Notes: generated by a model from the letters alone, not told the origin. DNA of 64,000 nucleotides from an uncultured Gammaproteobacteria bacterium (GCA_964535655.1 CAZHTP010000001.1:186862-250861), one strand, 5' to 3'. Counted from the first letter of the stretch, positions 29,929 to 39,344 are shown. Numbers and translations: made by a program.

Positions 29929-30822
29929 TTAAAGCGCCGCCGCCTTAGGACTGGTGGATGCTGTGGCCGATGGTTTTGCAGTGGCCTTCAGGTTCTTTTC
30001 ATCAGTGGATTGTTTATCTGCTGCAGCAGAGGCATCTCGAATATCTTTTAATAGTCCGGCTGCTCTACCCGGAATTACAAAAATTCTTGTAATTATATTT
30101 TTGTTTGATTTGTCATCTATATAGAAGGTAAATGTGACACGATCACCAATTTTGATGTCGCTTAATTTTGGAGTATCGAGCTCTTTTACTTTAACTACAG
30201 TATCTGCATTTACCGTGTAATCAGTGACTTTATCGTCTTTACCGGGGCTTTTAATTGAAAGTACAAATGCTGCTGATCCAGAAGCTTCTCTGCTTGAAAC
30301 TATCCCATACTTTGCATTCCGAGTTTTTTCTGCTGGTGCATTTCGGGTTACTAGGACAAATTTTGCGAGCAGTGCTTTTCCTTCTTCAGTCATGTGTCCA
30401 ATAGCCACTGCTTGATCACCAATTTTAACTTTGGAAATGCTGATAACCGATTTTATTCCTTTATCAAAGAGAAATACTTTGGTTGCTTTATCAGTGTCGA
30501 CATTTTTCTGCCCGTTGGGAGTTGTGATTAAAAATTTACCTACCGCACTGGGAGTAGCTGTTACTTCTCCTTTGTATACAACCATTTTTTGATTGGATAA
30601 GCCACCGCTTGCATCTTGAGGAGATGCTGACGCTGAAGCGTTTCGTGTAGTAAGACCGCGTGTAACAGGGGATGCTGTTGTTTTAGGGGTCGCGGTACTG
30701 AAGTCTTCCACGACATCTTTAGTGGACTGTGCGTTACCTTCGATAGCTACGGTAGGCGAGATAACCGATGTAATTATTGTAAAAAATAAAACAGTTAATC
30801 CAATTGAATAATACTTTTTCAT
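29929..30822 (-). CDS. Secreted protein with two beta-rich (DUF5666-like) repeats and S/T/A/P linkers
   Basis: Signal peptide; repeated unit T.V......S.(V/I)KIGD; low-complexity ASASASP and ATASTSP stretches. Confidence 0.6.
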   Translation of the reverse strand: MKKYYSIGLTVLFFTIITSVISPTVAIEGNAQSTKDVVEDFSTATPKTTASPVTRGLTTRNASASASPQDASGGLSNQKMVVYKGEVTATPSAVGKFLITTPNGQKNVDTDKATKVFLFDKGIKSVISISKVKIGDQAVAIGHMTEEGKALLAKFVLVTRNAPAEKTRNAKYGIVSSREASGSAAFVLSIKSPGKDDKVTDYTVNADTVVKVKELDTPKLSDIKIGDRVTFTFYIDDKSNKNIITRIFVIPGRAAGLLKDIRDASAAADKQSTDEKNLKATAKPSATASTSPKAAAL

Positions 30823-30824
30823 TT

Positions 30825-31292
30825 TTATCCCTCCACGATGGAATACACGGTTCTGTTGATTGTTTTTTGTTGCCCGGATTGATCAAATACTGTAATAATA
30901 AGTTCATTTTCTCCTTCTTTTAATGGAACGTCGAGTGCAAATGATCCATCAGCGTTAGTATCATTTGCAATATCTTTTGAACCACCTGTAATTGTGACTG
31001 TTGTTCCTACTTTTGTTGCGCCAGCAACCTTAATTGAATTTGCGTTGATATATATATTATCTTCTGGTGAAGCGATAGTTAGTTTAATTGCGTCTTGCGG
31101 AGAAGGGGAGGCGGTGCCGGCAGCGTTTGCCTGATCTACTTGAGTAGGTGCTTTATATTGTGTTGCTTCTAGATTAAATTCTTTAGTTTTTGATTGTGAG
31201 GTAAATAGAAATACTCCCAGTGCAGCAACAAAAACTACGACAAAAATACCAATATATATCACGTATGGGGGTATACCCTGCCTGTCATTCAT
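30825..31292 (-). CDS. Membrane-anchored protein with Ig-like beta-sandwich domain
   Basis: TM helix, TASPSP linker, LTIASPED...VAGAT...DGSF..DVPLKEGENEL.I...D. Confidence 0.7.
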   Translation of the reverse strand: MNDRQGIPPYVIYIGIFVVVFVAALGVFLFTSQSKTKEFNLEATQYKAPTQVDQANAAGTASPSPQDAIKLTIASPEDNIYINANSIKVAGATKVGTTVTITGGSKDIANDTNADGSFALDVPLKEGENELIITVFDQSGQQKTINRTVYSIVEG

Positions 31293-31327
31293 ATCAACTC
31301 CTTGCCTCTTATATTTTGAATAGTCAC

Positions 31328-31356
31328 ATAGTACGAATATCTCCTGATGTTGTCAA
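31328..31356 (-). promoter_or_regulatory. sigma70 promoter for the minus-strand surface-protein genes
   Basis: Minus strand TTGACA-17 nt-TACTAT; SD aaggag precedes ATG 31292. Confidence 0.65.
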
Positions 31357-31422
31357 GTTTGGGTATACAGAGTATAAATAGGTATACTGAGTAATCTACT
31401 TATATATAAATTGGAGGATACA

Positions 31423-32055
31423 ATGGATATTTTGTGGTACGGGCAATCATGCTTTAAATTAAAAGGTAAAAATGCATCGGTGGTTATTGATCCATATGAT
31501 CCAGAAAAAGTTGGCTTAAAGAAATTAAAGCTGTCGGGTGATATTTTGGCAATTTCTCATCAGCATGAAGATCATAACAATAAAGAGGCCGTTGAAGGTG
31601 TGCCTTTTGTGATTGAAGGTGCTGGAGAATATGAAGTGAAGGGTGTTACGGTGCACGGTATTCAAACGTTTCACGACGATAAAGATGGTAAAGAGCGTGG
31701 GCAAAATGTTGTTTATACCGTTGAAATAGATGGTGTTAATGTATGTCATTTAGGCGATTTAGGGCATGAATTAAATACGTCTCAGCTTGAAGCAATTGGT
31801 GATGTAGATGTTTTGCTGGTTCCTGTTGGTGGTGTGTATACCATTGATGCAGCGGCTGCAATTAAGGTTATCGCACAAATCGAGCCAAAGGTTGTAATTC
31901 CTATGCATTATAAGACCAGCGATAAATTGCCATTGGGGACTCTTGAAGAATTTTTAAAGGTTTACGGCAAAGGCAAAATTGACCCAGTCGCAAAATATGT
32001 TACGGCAAAAGATAAATTACCTGAAGGCGAAGAGCTGGTAGTATTGGAAATGTAA
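31423..32055 (+). CDS. MBL-fold metallo-hydrolase
   Basis: WYGQSCF, IDPY, SHQHEDHN, GEYE, HLGDLG, VPVGG, IPMHY; SD ggagg before ATG 31423. Confidence 0.88.
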   Translation: MDILWYGQSCFKLKGKNASVVIDPYDPEKVGLKKLKLSGDILAISHQHEDHNNKEAVEGVPFVIEGAGEYEVKGVTVHGIQTFHDDKDGKERGQNVVYTVEIDGVNVCHLGDLGHELNTSQLEAIGDVDVLLVPVGGVYTIDAAAAIKVIAQIEPKVVIPMHYKTSDKLPLGTLEEFLKVYGKGKIDPVAKYVTAKDKLPEGEELVVLEM

Positions 32056-32057
32056 TT

Positions 32058-33368
32058 ATGGAAAATATTCCCCCACAAAACATAGAGGCGGAGCAGTCTG
32101 TCTTAGGCGCCTTGTTGTTATCGGCTGATGCAATTGTCGAGGTAGCTGAAATTCTTAAACCGCATCATTTTTATCGAGAAGAGCAGCACGGGACTATTTA
32201 TGCATGCATGATTGATTTATACGAACGTCGTGAACCGATTGATGTGATCACGCTGCAAGAAGAGCTGCGTAGGCGTGAAGCGTATGATTTGGTTGGAGGA
32301 AGTGCATATTTAGCAATGCTGGCATCGGTTGTTCCTACAGCTGCTAATGTTGTCCGTTATGCCAAGATCGTTAAAGATCATTTTACTAAACGAGAGCTGA
32401 TTTCATCGGCAAATCGTATTTCAGAAATGGCGATGTCGCCAACGAGTGATGTTGCAAGTGTTTTAGATCAGGCCGAGCAGTTAGTTTTTCACTTATCTCA
32501 GGAACATACAAATAGTGACTTCGTTCCGATTAGAGATACGCTTGCTGAATCTTTTGATCGGCTAGATGATTTACATAAGAATGCCGGTAAATTGCGTGGC
32601 GTTCCAACAGGATTTCGCGATGTTGACAATAAGCTTGCTGGTCTTCAAGACTCGGCACTTATTGTATTGGCTGCTCGCCCTGGTACCGGTAAAACTGCAT
32701 TTTCTTTAAATATCGCGCAAAACGCGGCAATTCGTTACAAAATTCCGGTTGGTTATTTTTCGTTGGAAATGTCTAAAGAAGAATTAACCGACCGTTTGCT
32801 TTCTATTCAGTCCCTTGTTGATGGTTGGAACATTAAAACAGGTCGATTAGAAGAAACGGATTGGGAGAAGCTGCAGGATGCTATGGGTGAGTTGGCGGAG
32901 GCTCCTCTTTACATTGACGACACTCCTGGTATTTCAATTATGGAAATGCGTACTAAAGCACGACGCTTACAAATGGAAAAAGGGTTGAAATTGTTAATTG
33001 TTGATTATTTGCAGTTGGTACATGGTCGAACCACTGATAACCGTGTGCAAGAAGTTTCGGAAATCTCACAAGGACTTAAAAACTTGGCTCGTGAATTACG
33101 GATTCCAGTGCTTGCGCTTTCTCAACTATCGCGTGCTGTGGAGTCGCGCACTTCAAAGGCACCACAACTTTCTGACCTTCGTGAATCGGGTGCTATTGAA
33201 CAGGATGCTGATGTGGTAATGTTTCTTTACAAAGAAGATCCAGATCAACCGGAATTTATTAAGCTTGGTATAGCCAAGCATCGTTCTGGCGCTATAGGAG
33301 ATATTGATCTAGTGTTTAAGGGTGCCAGGCAACGGTTTTATGGTGTTGATAAAAAGAAGGTTAGTTAA
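32058..33368 (+). CDS. dnaB: Replicative DNA helicase DnaB
   Basis: PPQNIEAEQSVLG, AARPGTGKT, FSLEMS, VDYLQL, LSQLSR, SDLRESGAIEQDAD; normal length, so no intein. Confidence 0.97.
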   Translation: MENIPPQNIEAEQSVLGALLLSADAIVEVAEILKPHHFYREEQHGTIYACMIDLYERREPIDVITLQEELRRREAYDLVGGSAYLAMLASVVPTAANVVRYAKIVKDHFTKRELISSANRISEMAMSPTSDVASVLDQAEQLVFHLSQEHTNSDFVPIRDTLAESFDRLDDLHKNAGKLRGVPTGFRDVDNKLAGLQDSALIVLAARPGTGKTAFSLNIAQNAAIRYKIPVGYFSLEMSKEELTDRLLSIQSLVDGWNIKTGRLEETDWEKLQDAMGELAEAPLYIDDTPGISIMEMRTKARRLQMEKGLKLLIVDYLQLVHGRTTDNRVQEVSEISQGLKNLARELRIPVLALSQLSRAVESRTSKAPQLSDLRESGAIEQDADVVMFLYKEDPDQPEFIKLGIAKHRSGAIGDIDLVFKGARQRFYGVDKKKVS

Positions 33369-33982
33369 TATATACCTTGACATTCACTGTTGGGGCCGTC
33401 CCAGACAGTTTTGCCCGTTTGTAAGTCTACATAAATTTTTCGTCGGTTTTGCATGGTTTCCATATTACAGTAGCTTAATTGTGCAACGATTGCACCTTGA
33501 TACATTACGAGCGTCAATCCGCTGCCTAGATTTTCTCTTTTAGCTATTTCGGATAATTCTTTTTTGCTGATAGTCCATTTGCAATGATACTTGTCCAATT
33601 CACAACTTGGTAGTGCTAAGGGGACATGATTGTTTGCTAGACTTACTTTGGATTGATTTCCATCATTTGAGTAATAAAAAAGATATGTGGGATTCTTTTC
33701 GTATACTTTTCCTGGTAGAAATTCATAGTCTATGTAGCAAAAGGAACTATTTAAATTGCAGCTTTGTGAATCCATTAAATTAATTTCATAATTATTTCTG
33801 AATTCTTTTTCCCCAACAATGCTTGCGATATAGGCGTCTAACTGACTTTTGACTCTAGAGTCGATTTTGGCTGGGAACTTTATTTTAGGGAGTAAGGGGA
33901 ACATTACCAATAGCAATGCTATTATTAGCGGAATCAGTGCAATAATGATTGGTGTTTTGTTTACTTTAGGTAGCTTGCTCAT
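33365..33982 (-). CDS. Hypothetical membrane-anchored extracellular protein with six Cys
   Basis: N-terminal TM/signal segment; minus-strand TTGAAA-18 nt-TAAAAT ends 9 nt before the ATG. Confidence 0.6.
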   Translation of the reverse strand: MSKLPKVNKTPIIIALIPLIIALLLVMFPLLPKIKFPAKIDSRVKSQLDAYIASIVGEKEFRNNYEINLMDSQSCNLNSSFCYIDYEFLPGKVYEKNPTYLFYYSNDGNQSKVSLANNHVPLALPSCELDKYHCKWTISKKELSEIAKRENLGSGLTLVMYQGAIVAQLSYCNMETMQNRRKIYVDLQTGKTVWDGPNSECQGIY

Positions 33983-34124
33983 CTACAGTTAATTTTACAT
34001 CGCAGATTATTTAATTTTCAAGTTGAACACTATTGAGATAATGGATCAATTTTATTCTAGTAATTACTATCAACAACCTCTTGAGTAAAGTTCCTTTGAT
34101 TTGAATTTGACAGACATATAGGAA

Positions 34125-34153
34125 TTGACAACGAAAGCCCTCTGTGATATGCT
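34125..34153 (+). promoter_or_regulatory. sigma70 promoter of the metallopeptidase-like gene
   Basis: TTGACA-17 nt-TATGCT with extended TG; ATG at 34163 lies 9 nt downstream. Confidence 0.6.
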
Positions 34154-34162
34154 ATGGGCCAT

Positions 34163-35332
34163 ATGTCTGAGTTAAATAATGGTTCTTCTTGGTCGCGCGA
34201 GCAAATGATTCCAGAAAAAGGTAAAAGGGAACGGAGGTTGTTACCAATAGCCTTAACAGGATTAGCCCTAGCAAGGTGCGGGTCACTGACCGCTCCAGAG
34301 CCCGCACCGCAGATACAAGCAATCAGTGTCCCAAGCATGCCTACTGCAGAAAGCCGTTCGCCAGATTTCTTGAGGGTGGATAGTCACCCAGGCTTTGAGC
34401 TAGAAGCGCCTTATGACTATTGTCCAGTGCTAGCCGCTTTGATACCGCAGCCAACAGATGCGAGCGCTGAGTCTCCTACAGCAGTTGCAATGACTGAGCC
34501 TGAGGCTAGTGAAACACAAGAATTTATAGGTAATTCTGATGGCATTGCTGCCTGGAGTCGAGAAATTAATCTGAGTAGAATGGTAGGGTATAGACCCGGT
34601 CTTGAGGAACTCCATGTTGCAATTGTTCCTGTGGGGTATTCGAACCCTAGGGCCGAGATGCCAAAATTCCTAGAGTACTTAAATCTTTTTTATGGGGACT
34701 ATCCGATTAATTTTTACTTTACTGACAAAAGTGTGCCTATTGGAATAACTTTTGGATCAGATTCGTCCGCTCGATACACCGATGGGGAAGAACATAAGCG
34801 GGTTGAAAACGCCTTAAACCAGTATGGAAAAACTGATGTGGTTATATACATGACAAATAGTGGAGAAAATTATGGTGATTATGTATACGCCAATCCAGAT
34901 CAAGGTATTTCTGCATCTGCAATAGTAGTTTCCGGGGAACGAGAAGATACGCATGTTGTCCTTCCACACGAGTTGGGCCACTTTGCGTTAGATGATGGAT
35001 ATCATAGTGAGGTAGGTGCGTATTGGGCAGCAAGATCTACAGAGATTTTTACGGACGTGCGAAGGCTTCCTCCTAACGTAGCTACGGTATATAGGCGAGA
35101 TCCTTCTAAATATCCTATATACTCAACACCCGCCACTTGTGGGAAAGACCCTATTTTTCGGTGGAGACCTGATGGGCAATACGACCTGATGTACTATCCT
35201 TACTACAAGTCAAACGGAGAAATAATAGAAGCGCACAGTAAAGGCATTCCGCTCTTAAACCCAATGCAAAAAAGTATATTTGGCAGTGCTGTAGAGGCCA
35301 AAATTGCTGAGAATAAAAGAAAAACGCATTAG
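34163..35332 (+). CDS. Putative lipoprotein zinc metallopeptidase (HExxH, M64/metzincin-like)
   Basis: RR-hydrophobic-LARC lipobox-like signal; HELGHFALDDGY zinc motif; downstream DLMY (Met-turn-like). Confidence 0.6.
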   Translation: MSELNNGSSWSREQMIPEKGKRERRLLPIALTGLALARCGSLTAPEPAPQIQAISVPSMPTAESRSPDFLRVDSHPGFELEAPYDYCPVLAALIPQPTDASAESPTAVAMTEPEASETQEFIGNSDGIAAWSREINLSRMVGYRPGLEELHVAIVPVGYSNPRAEMPKFLEYLNLFYGDYPINFYFTDKSVPIGITFGSDSSARYTDGEEHKRVENALNQYGKTDVVIYMTNSGENYGDYVYANPDQGISASAIVVSGEREDTHVVLPHELGHFALDDGYHSEVGAYWAARSTEIFTDVRRLPPNVATVYRRDPSKYPIYSTPATCGKDPIFRWRPDGQYDLMYYPYYKSNGEIIEAHSKGIPLLNPMQKSIFGSAVEAKIAENKRKTH

Positions 35333-35378
35333 CTTTTTTTGTAATAGTATATCGTCTCATTTCACTTAGTTTGCTTTG

Positions 35379-35462
35379 TGCCGAGGGAGGGAGTCGAACC
35401 CTCACATCCATTATAGATATTGGTTTTTGAGACCAACGCGTCTGCCATTCCGCCACCCCGGC
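35379..35462 (-). tRNA. tRNA-Leu(CAA)
   Basis: Reverse complement GCCGGGGTGGCGGAATGGCAGACGCG-TTGGT-CT-CAA-AA-ACCAA-long variable arm-GAGGGTTCGACTCCCTC-CCTCGGCA; CCA is not encoded. Confidence 0.95.
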
Positions 35463-35544
35463 AATTAGTGACTATTTTATCAATAATCAAACTAAATAGC
35501 AAAAGCAGACACTCTAAAAATTTTCTGTTATAATTTTAAAAACT

Positions 35545-36291
35545 ATGTATCCAATCTTATTTAAAGTCGGTCCAATGGTTATTTATACCTATGGATTTGC
35601 GATTACGATAGCTACTTTAGTAGCAAGTTTCTTGATTTGGCGAAGGGCGCGTAAGCTTTTGTATAACGAAGAGCATATTATCGATATGATTCTGTTTTCG
35701 CTCTTTGTTGCGCTAGTTTTCGCCCGGGGAGTTTATGTTGTATATCATTCTCATCAGTTTGGTTCCGAAATTCTAAAGATTCTACTCGTGACATATTTTC
35801 CTGGACTTGATGGCGTTGCAGCACTTGTTGGTGGACTGCTCGGGTTTTTGGTTTTTTCGTATTTACGACGTTGGAAGCTTTGGCCAATATTTGACTGTAT
35901 TGTTAAAGGAATGACTTTAGGAATAGCTATTGTTATGATGGGAGCTTTTTTCGCCGGAAGCTATGTAGGCACACCGACTCATTCAGGTTGGGGAGTGGTT
36001 TTGCCTGGGTTTACCGAACTTCGACACCCTGTAGCACTTTATTATGCACTCTATAGCTTTATCCTCTTTATAATTTTAGTTTTTGTTGATAAAGTGCGTA
36101 GGCCCGATGGCTTAATTACATCGTTATTTTTTATTATTTTTGGGATAGGGTTGTTTGTTTTCGAATATTTTACCGAAGGCGGAGCAACGCTGTTTGGAGT
36201 TCATTTGACACAGTTTTGGGGAATTGTTAGTATAGTCATTGGAATTCTGTTCATGATACGTGTTCGAAAGGAAAAATATGTTACAACCTGA
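35545..36291 (+). CDS. lgt: Prolipoprotein diacylglyceryl transferase Lgt-like (degenerate motifs)
   Basis: MYPILFKVGP..IYTYG, AR..YV, RHP..LY, multi-TM; clustered with lspA. Confidence 0.8.
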   Translation: MYPILFKVGPMVIYTYGFAITIATLVASFLIWRRARKLLYNEEHIIDMILFSLFVALVFARGVYVVYHSHQFGSEILKILLVTYFPGLDGVAALVGGLLGFLVFSYLRRWKLWPIFDCIVKGMTLGIAIVMMGAFFAGSYVGTPTHSGWGVVLPGFTELRHPVALYYALYSFILFIILVFVDKVRRPDGLITSLFFIIFGIGLFVFEYFTEGGATLFGVHLTQFWGIVSIVIGILFMIRVRKEKYVTT

Positions 36292-36664
36292 TGTAGTAAA
36301 AAAGATAAAAGTAAAATTGCAGTCACAAAAAAAAGAATCACTTGAGCGTATTGCTGAATTGGAAAAAACTGACCCATTTAACCTTGATGCGGCGCTAGAT
36401 TTAGTTGATGATCGCACCTCACCCGATGATGAAGCTCAAGTGAATGAGGTTCACGAGCGAGTTGCCTCTCAAGTTGCATCACTACAAAACAGTGTTGCCC
36501 GTATCGAATCAGCTTTAGAGCGAATGGTAAAGGGAACCTATGGGGTTTGTGAGGCGTGTGGAAAAGAGATTGAAGAAACACGTTTAAGTATTATGCCTTT
36601 AGCAAGTTTGTGCTTGGACGATGAAAAAAGTATAGAAAAGCGCGCTAAAAAGATCACCTCATAA
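36278..36664 (+). CDS. TraR/DksA-family transcription regulator
   Basis: Coiled coil, then [19 protein letters not shown]...RL.IMP.ASLCLDD. Confidence 0.88.
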   Translation: MLQPDVVKKIKVKLQSQKKESLERIAELEKTDPFNLDAALDLVDDRTSPDDEAQVNEVHERVASQVASLQNSVARIESALERMVKGTYGVCEACGKEIEETRLSIMPLASLCLDDEKSIEKRAKKITS

Positions 36665-36669
36665 TATTC

Positions 36670-37137
36670 ATGTATATATATCAGCTGCCACTTTCGTTAC
36701 GAAAAAAAATCTTCTTTTGTGGTGCTGTTTTTTCCATTGTTTTGATTTTAGATCAACTGAGTAAATATTTTGTTATTACGTATACTTTGCTTCCTGTTTT
36801 TTTTAATAACACAATCGCATTTTCTTTACCAATTGCCTGGTATTTACCGTGGCTTTTTTTATTCGTAAGTCTCATTTATGTATCTTTAACAAATAAAGCC
36901 AACTATTTTTCTATTGAGAAATTAGATACTCTCCTAAGTAAAAGGTTGTTATCCGTAGCATTGCCACTTATCGTTGGAGGTGGTATATCAAATATTATAG
37001 ATCGGGTATTTCATAACGGTAGCGTCGTTGATTTTATTGATCTGCGTTATTGGCCAGTGTTCAATTTGGCTGATTCTGCTATAGTTATTGGAGTATTCTT
37101 GATTATTTATCACTTATACCAAAAAAAGGGAGCGTAA
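36670..37137 (+). CDS. lspA: Lipoprotein signal peptidase II
   Basis: [30 protein letters not shown]; both catalytic Asp present. Confidence 0.93.
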   Translation: MYIYQLPLSLRKKIFFCGAVFSIVLILDQLSKYFVITYTLLPVFFNNTIAFSLPIAWYLPWLFLFVSLIYVSLTNKANYFSIEKLDTLLSKRLLSVALPLIVGGGISNIIDRVFHNGSVVDFIDLRYWPVFNLADSAIVIGVFLIIYHLYQKKGA

Positions 37138-37138
37138 A

Positions 37139-37528
37139 ATGGCAAGTCACAAAATTCTACTTGTTGAAGATGATCAGTTTTTACGAGATATGTACAATGA
37201 ACTTCTTTCTGATGAAGGATTTGAAGTTACAGCGTGTGCTGATGGTGAGGATGGCTACAATAAGGCAATGGAAGGTGGATTCAATTTAGTCCTATTGGAT
37301 ATTATGCTCCCCAAAATGGACGGTTTACAGATCCTTAAGAATCTCAAAGAAAAAGACATGCTTGGCAAGAACGGACCTGTTGTAATGCTAACAAATCTTG
37401 GACAGGATAATATTGTGAAAGAAGGGTTTGATTATGGGGCTTCGGGATATCTTATCAAGAGTGCGATGACTCCTGACCAAGTTCTTCATGAAGTGCACAC
37501 TTTTTTGAATACCGGAAAAGCTGCTTAA
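37139..37528 (+). CDS. Stand-alone response regulator receiver domain
   Basis: ILLVEDD, LLDIMLPKMDG, MLTN, GASGYLIK; no output domain. Confidence 0.92.
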   Translation: MASHKILLVEDDQFLRDMYNELLSDEGFEVTACADGEDGYNKAMEGGFNLVLLDIMLPKMDGLQILKNLKEKDMLGKNGPVVMLTNLGQDNIVKEGFDYGASGYLIKSAMTPDQVLHEVHTFLNTGKAA

Positions 37529-37571
37529 TGTATCTTCCCTTTATTAAAGCTTTTTCTGGTATAATGCCGTA

Positions 37572-38333
37572 ATGAAAACTTATTCTTTGCCGATATTGTT
37601 CCAGGACGAGTATCTTATTGCTATTGATAAGCCGTTTGGGATGTCGGTTGCCCCTTCTGAGTCGGATAAGGATATTACGGTTGCTGAGGTAATAACTGAG
37701 CAAATTGGTATCCCACTGGACCGTGCAGGTATTATTCACCGGTTGGATAAAGATACTTCTGGAGTGCTTCTTGTTGCAAAAACCCAAGATATGTTGGGGT
37801 TAATGCAAGAAAAGTTTAAAGGCAGAGAAGTTCATAAGACATACCGTGCTTTGGTTCATGGGCAAATCGAAGAAGAGAAGGGAATTATTAAGGCTCCAAT
37901 TGCTCGAAATCCCAAGAATAGAGAAAAATTTGGTGTTTTTGAAGGAGGACGAGATTCGGAGACACGTTTTGAAATAGAAAAGCGATTAACTTTGCCTTTT
38001 GAGAAAATAGAAGAAGTGCTCGGCGCGATGACTAAAAAAGAGAAGGTATTTTATCAGGGCGAAGCGACTGACTATTGTTTGGTAAAACTTTTTCCCAGAA
38101 CTGGTCGTACTCACCAAATTCGAGTTCACATGAAGTTTATTAATCATCCGTTGGTTGGGGATGAAGTGTACACTGGCAAAAAGCTGTATCGTTTTGATGC
38201 TCGTTGGTGCACGCGGCAATTCTTGCATGCCGCTGCGATTGAGTTTGAACATCCCGTCACTAAAGTAAATTTGAAGATTGACGCTCCTTTAGCTGAAGAT
38301 CTAATTTTAGCCTTAGAATATTTAACAAGTTAG
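37572..38333 (+). CDS. RluA/RluD-family pseudouridine synthase without S4 domain
   Basis: IDKPFGM, GIIHRLDKDTSG, TGRTHQIRVH, HPLVGD..Y, RQFLHA. Confidence 0.93.
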   Translation: MKTYSLPILFQDEYLIAIDKPFGMSVAPSESDKDITVAEVITEQIGIPLDRAGIIHRLDKDTSGVLLVAKTQDMLGLMQEKFKGREVHKTYRALVHGQIEEEKGIIKAPIARNPKNREKFGVFEGGRDSETRFEIEKRLTLPFEKIEEVLGAMTKKEKVFYQGEATDYCLVKLFPRTGRTHQIRVHMKFINHPLVGDEVYTGKKLYRFDARWCTRQFLHAAAIEFEHPVTKVNLKIDAPLAEDLILALEYLTS

Positions 38334-38397
38334 CCCCCTTGTTGTACGACTTTGATTATAGCGATAAATCTGGTATACTTTCTCAAGTTATTTTTAT

Positions 38398-38478
38398 TAC
38401 GCACACGTACAGCAGTATCCTTGCCTAGAATTGAGTTCAGTTCGAGGTATTGTATGTGGAGGTTGAAAGGAGCACGTA
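38398..38478 (+). promoter_or_regulatory. rpsB 5' leader (S2 autoregulatory, t44-like structure)
   Basis: gcacacgtacag...ttgtatgtggagg: cacgtacag pairs with ttgtatgtg, in the CACAC...GGAGG layout of rpsB leaders. Promoter TTGATT/TGgTATACT at 38352-38379. Confidence 0.6.
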
Positions 38479-39270
38479 ATGTCTTCCCAGGATATATCAA
38501 TGCGCGAGCTTTTAGAGGCAGGCGCACACTTTGGTCACCAGTCACGGCGCTGGAACCCTAAAATGAAGCCGTTTATTTATCAGTCCCGCGATAACATTCA
38601 TGTTATTGACCTTGCTTTAACAGCAAGCGGCCTTCGTGAAGCATGTGAGTATATACATGACTTGGCTGCTGAAGGTGGAACGGTTCTTTTTGTTGCTACT
38701 AAGCGACAAGCTAAAGAACTTGTAAAAAAAGCAGCAATAGATTGCGGAATGCCATTTATTGTTGAGCGTTGGGTTGGCGGAATGCTTACAAATTGGGATA
38801 CCATTCAGAAAAATATCGATCGCCTTCGACTAACTAAATCTCAACAGGCTTCTGGTGAACTTGAACACTATACTAAAAAAGAACAGTCTCTCATGATGAA
38901 GGAAGCTGACCGTTTACAGAAGATTTATGAAGGTCTTTTGGACATCAATAAAATTCCTGATGCTGTGTTTATTGTAGATGTACGTAAAGAAAAAATTGGC
39001 CTTAAAGAAGCAAAACGACGAGCAATTCCCGTAATTGGTGTCTGCGATACCAACTGTGACCCTTCAGAAGTAGATATTGTTATTCCAGCAAACGATGACG
39101 CTTTAAAGTCAATAGAGTACATCGTAACAAAAGTATCTGATGCAGCGCTTGCAGGTAGAAAAGCCGCTGGTGCAAAAGCTTCGGATAAAGATAAGGCCGA
39201 AACTGTTGAAGGCTTAAAAGATGTAAAGCCAAAACGAAAGACTGCTAAAAAATCAGAAGAGACTAAATAA
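38479..39270 (+). CDS. rpsB: 30S ribosomal protein S2
   Basis: LLEAGAHFGH...RWNPKM, RWVGGMLTN, DTNCDP, PANDDA. Confidence 0.98.
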   Translation: MSSQDISMRELLEAGAHFGHQSRRWNPKMKPFIYQSRDNIHVIDLALTASGLREACEYIHDLAAEGGTVLFVATKRQAKELVKKAAIDCGMPFIVERWVGGMLTNWDTIQKNIDRLRLTKSQQASGELEHYTKKEQSLMMKEADRLQKIYEGLLDINKIPDAVFIVDVRKEKIGLKEAKRRAIPVIGVCDTNCDPSEVDIVIPANDDALKSIEYIVTKVSDAALAGRKAAGAKASDKDKAETVEGLKDVKPKRKTAKKSEETK

Positions 39271-39293
39271 CCCTCTTAATATAAACTAAAGAG

Positions 39294-39319
39294 AAAGCCT
39301 TGAATAGTTTCAAGGCTTT
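39294..39319. terminator. Perfect inverted repeat between rpsB and tsf (attenuator or processing hairpin)
   Basis: aaagccttgaa-tagt-ttcaaggcttt, an 11-bp perfect stem. Confidence 0.55.
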
Positions 39320-39344
39320 CTGGGCAACATATAGGAGACTATAT

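Noticed and set aside
32058-33368. Intein in DnaB (also considered for RecG and the Clp ATPase)
   Set aside because: Protein lengths are normal and no intein splice or LAGLIDADG motifs were seen.
33365-35400. Integrative element with attL/attR at tRNA-Leu
   Set aside because: No duplicate of the tRNA 3' end and no integrase found by eye; reported only as an accessory gene pair.
35151-35456. 101-aa minus-strand ORF
   Set aside because: It is the translation of the tRNA-Leu gene and flanking sequence.
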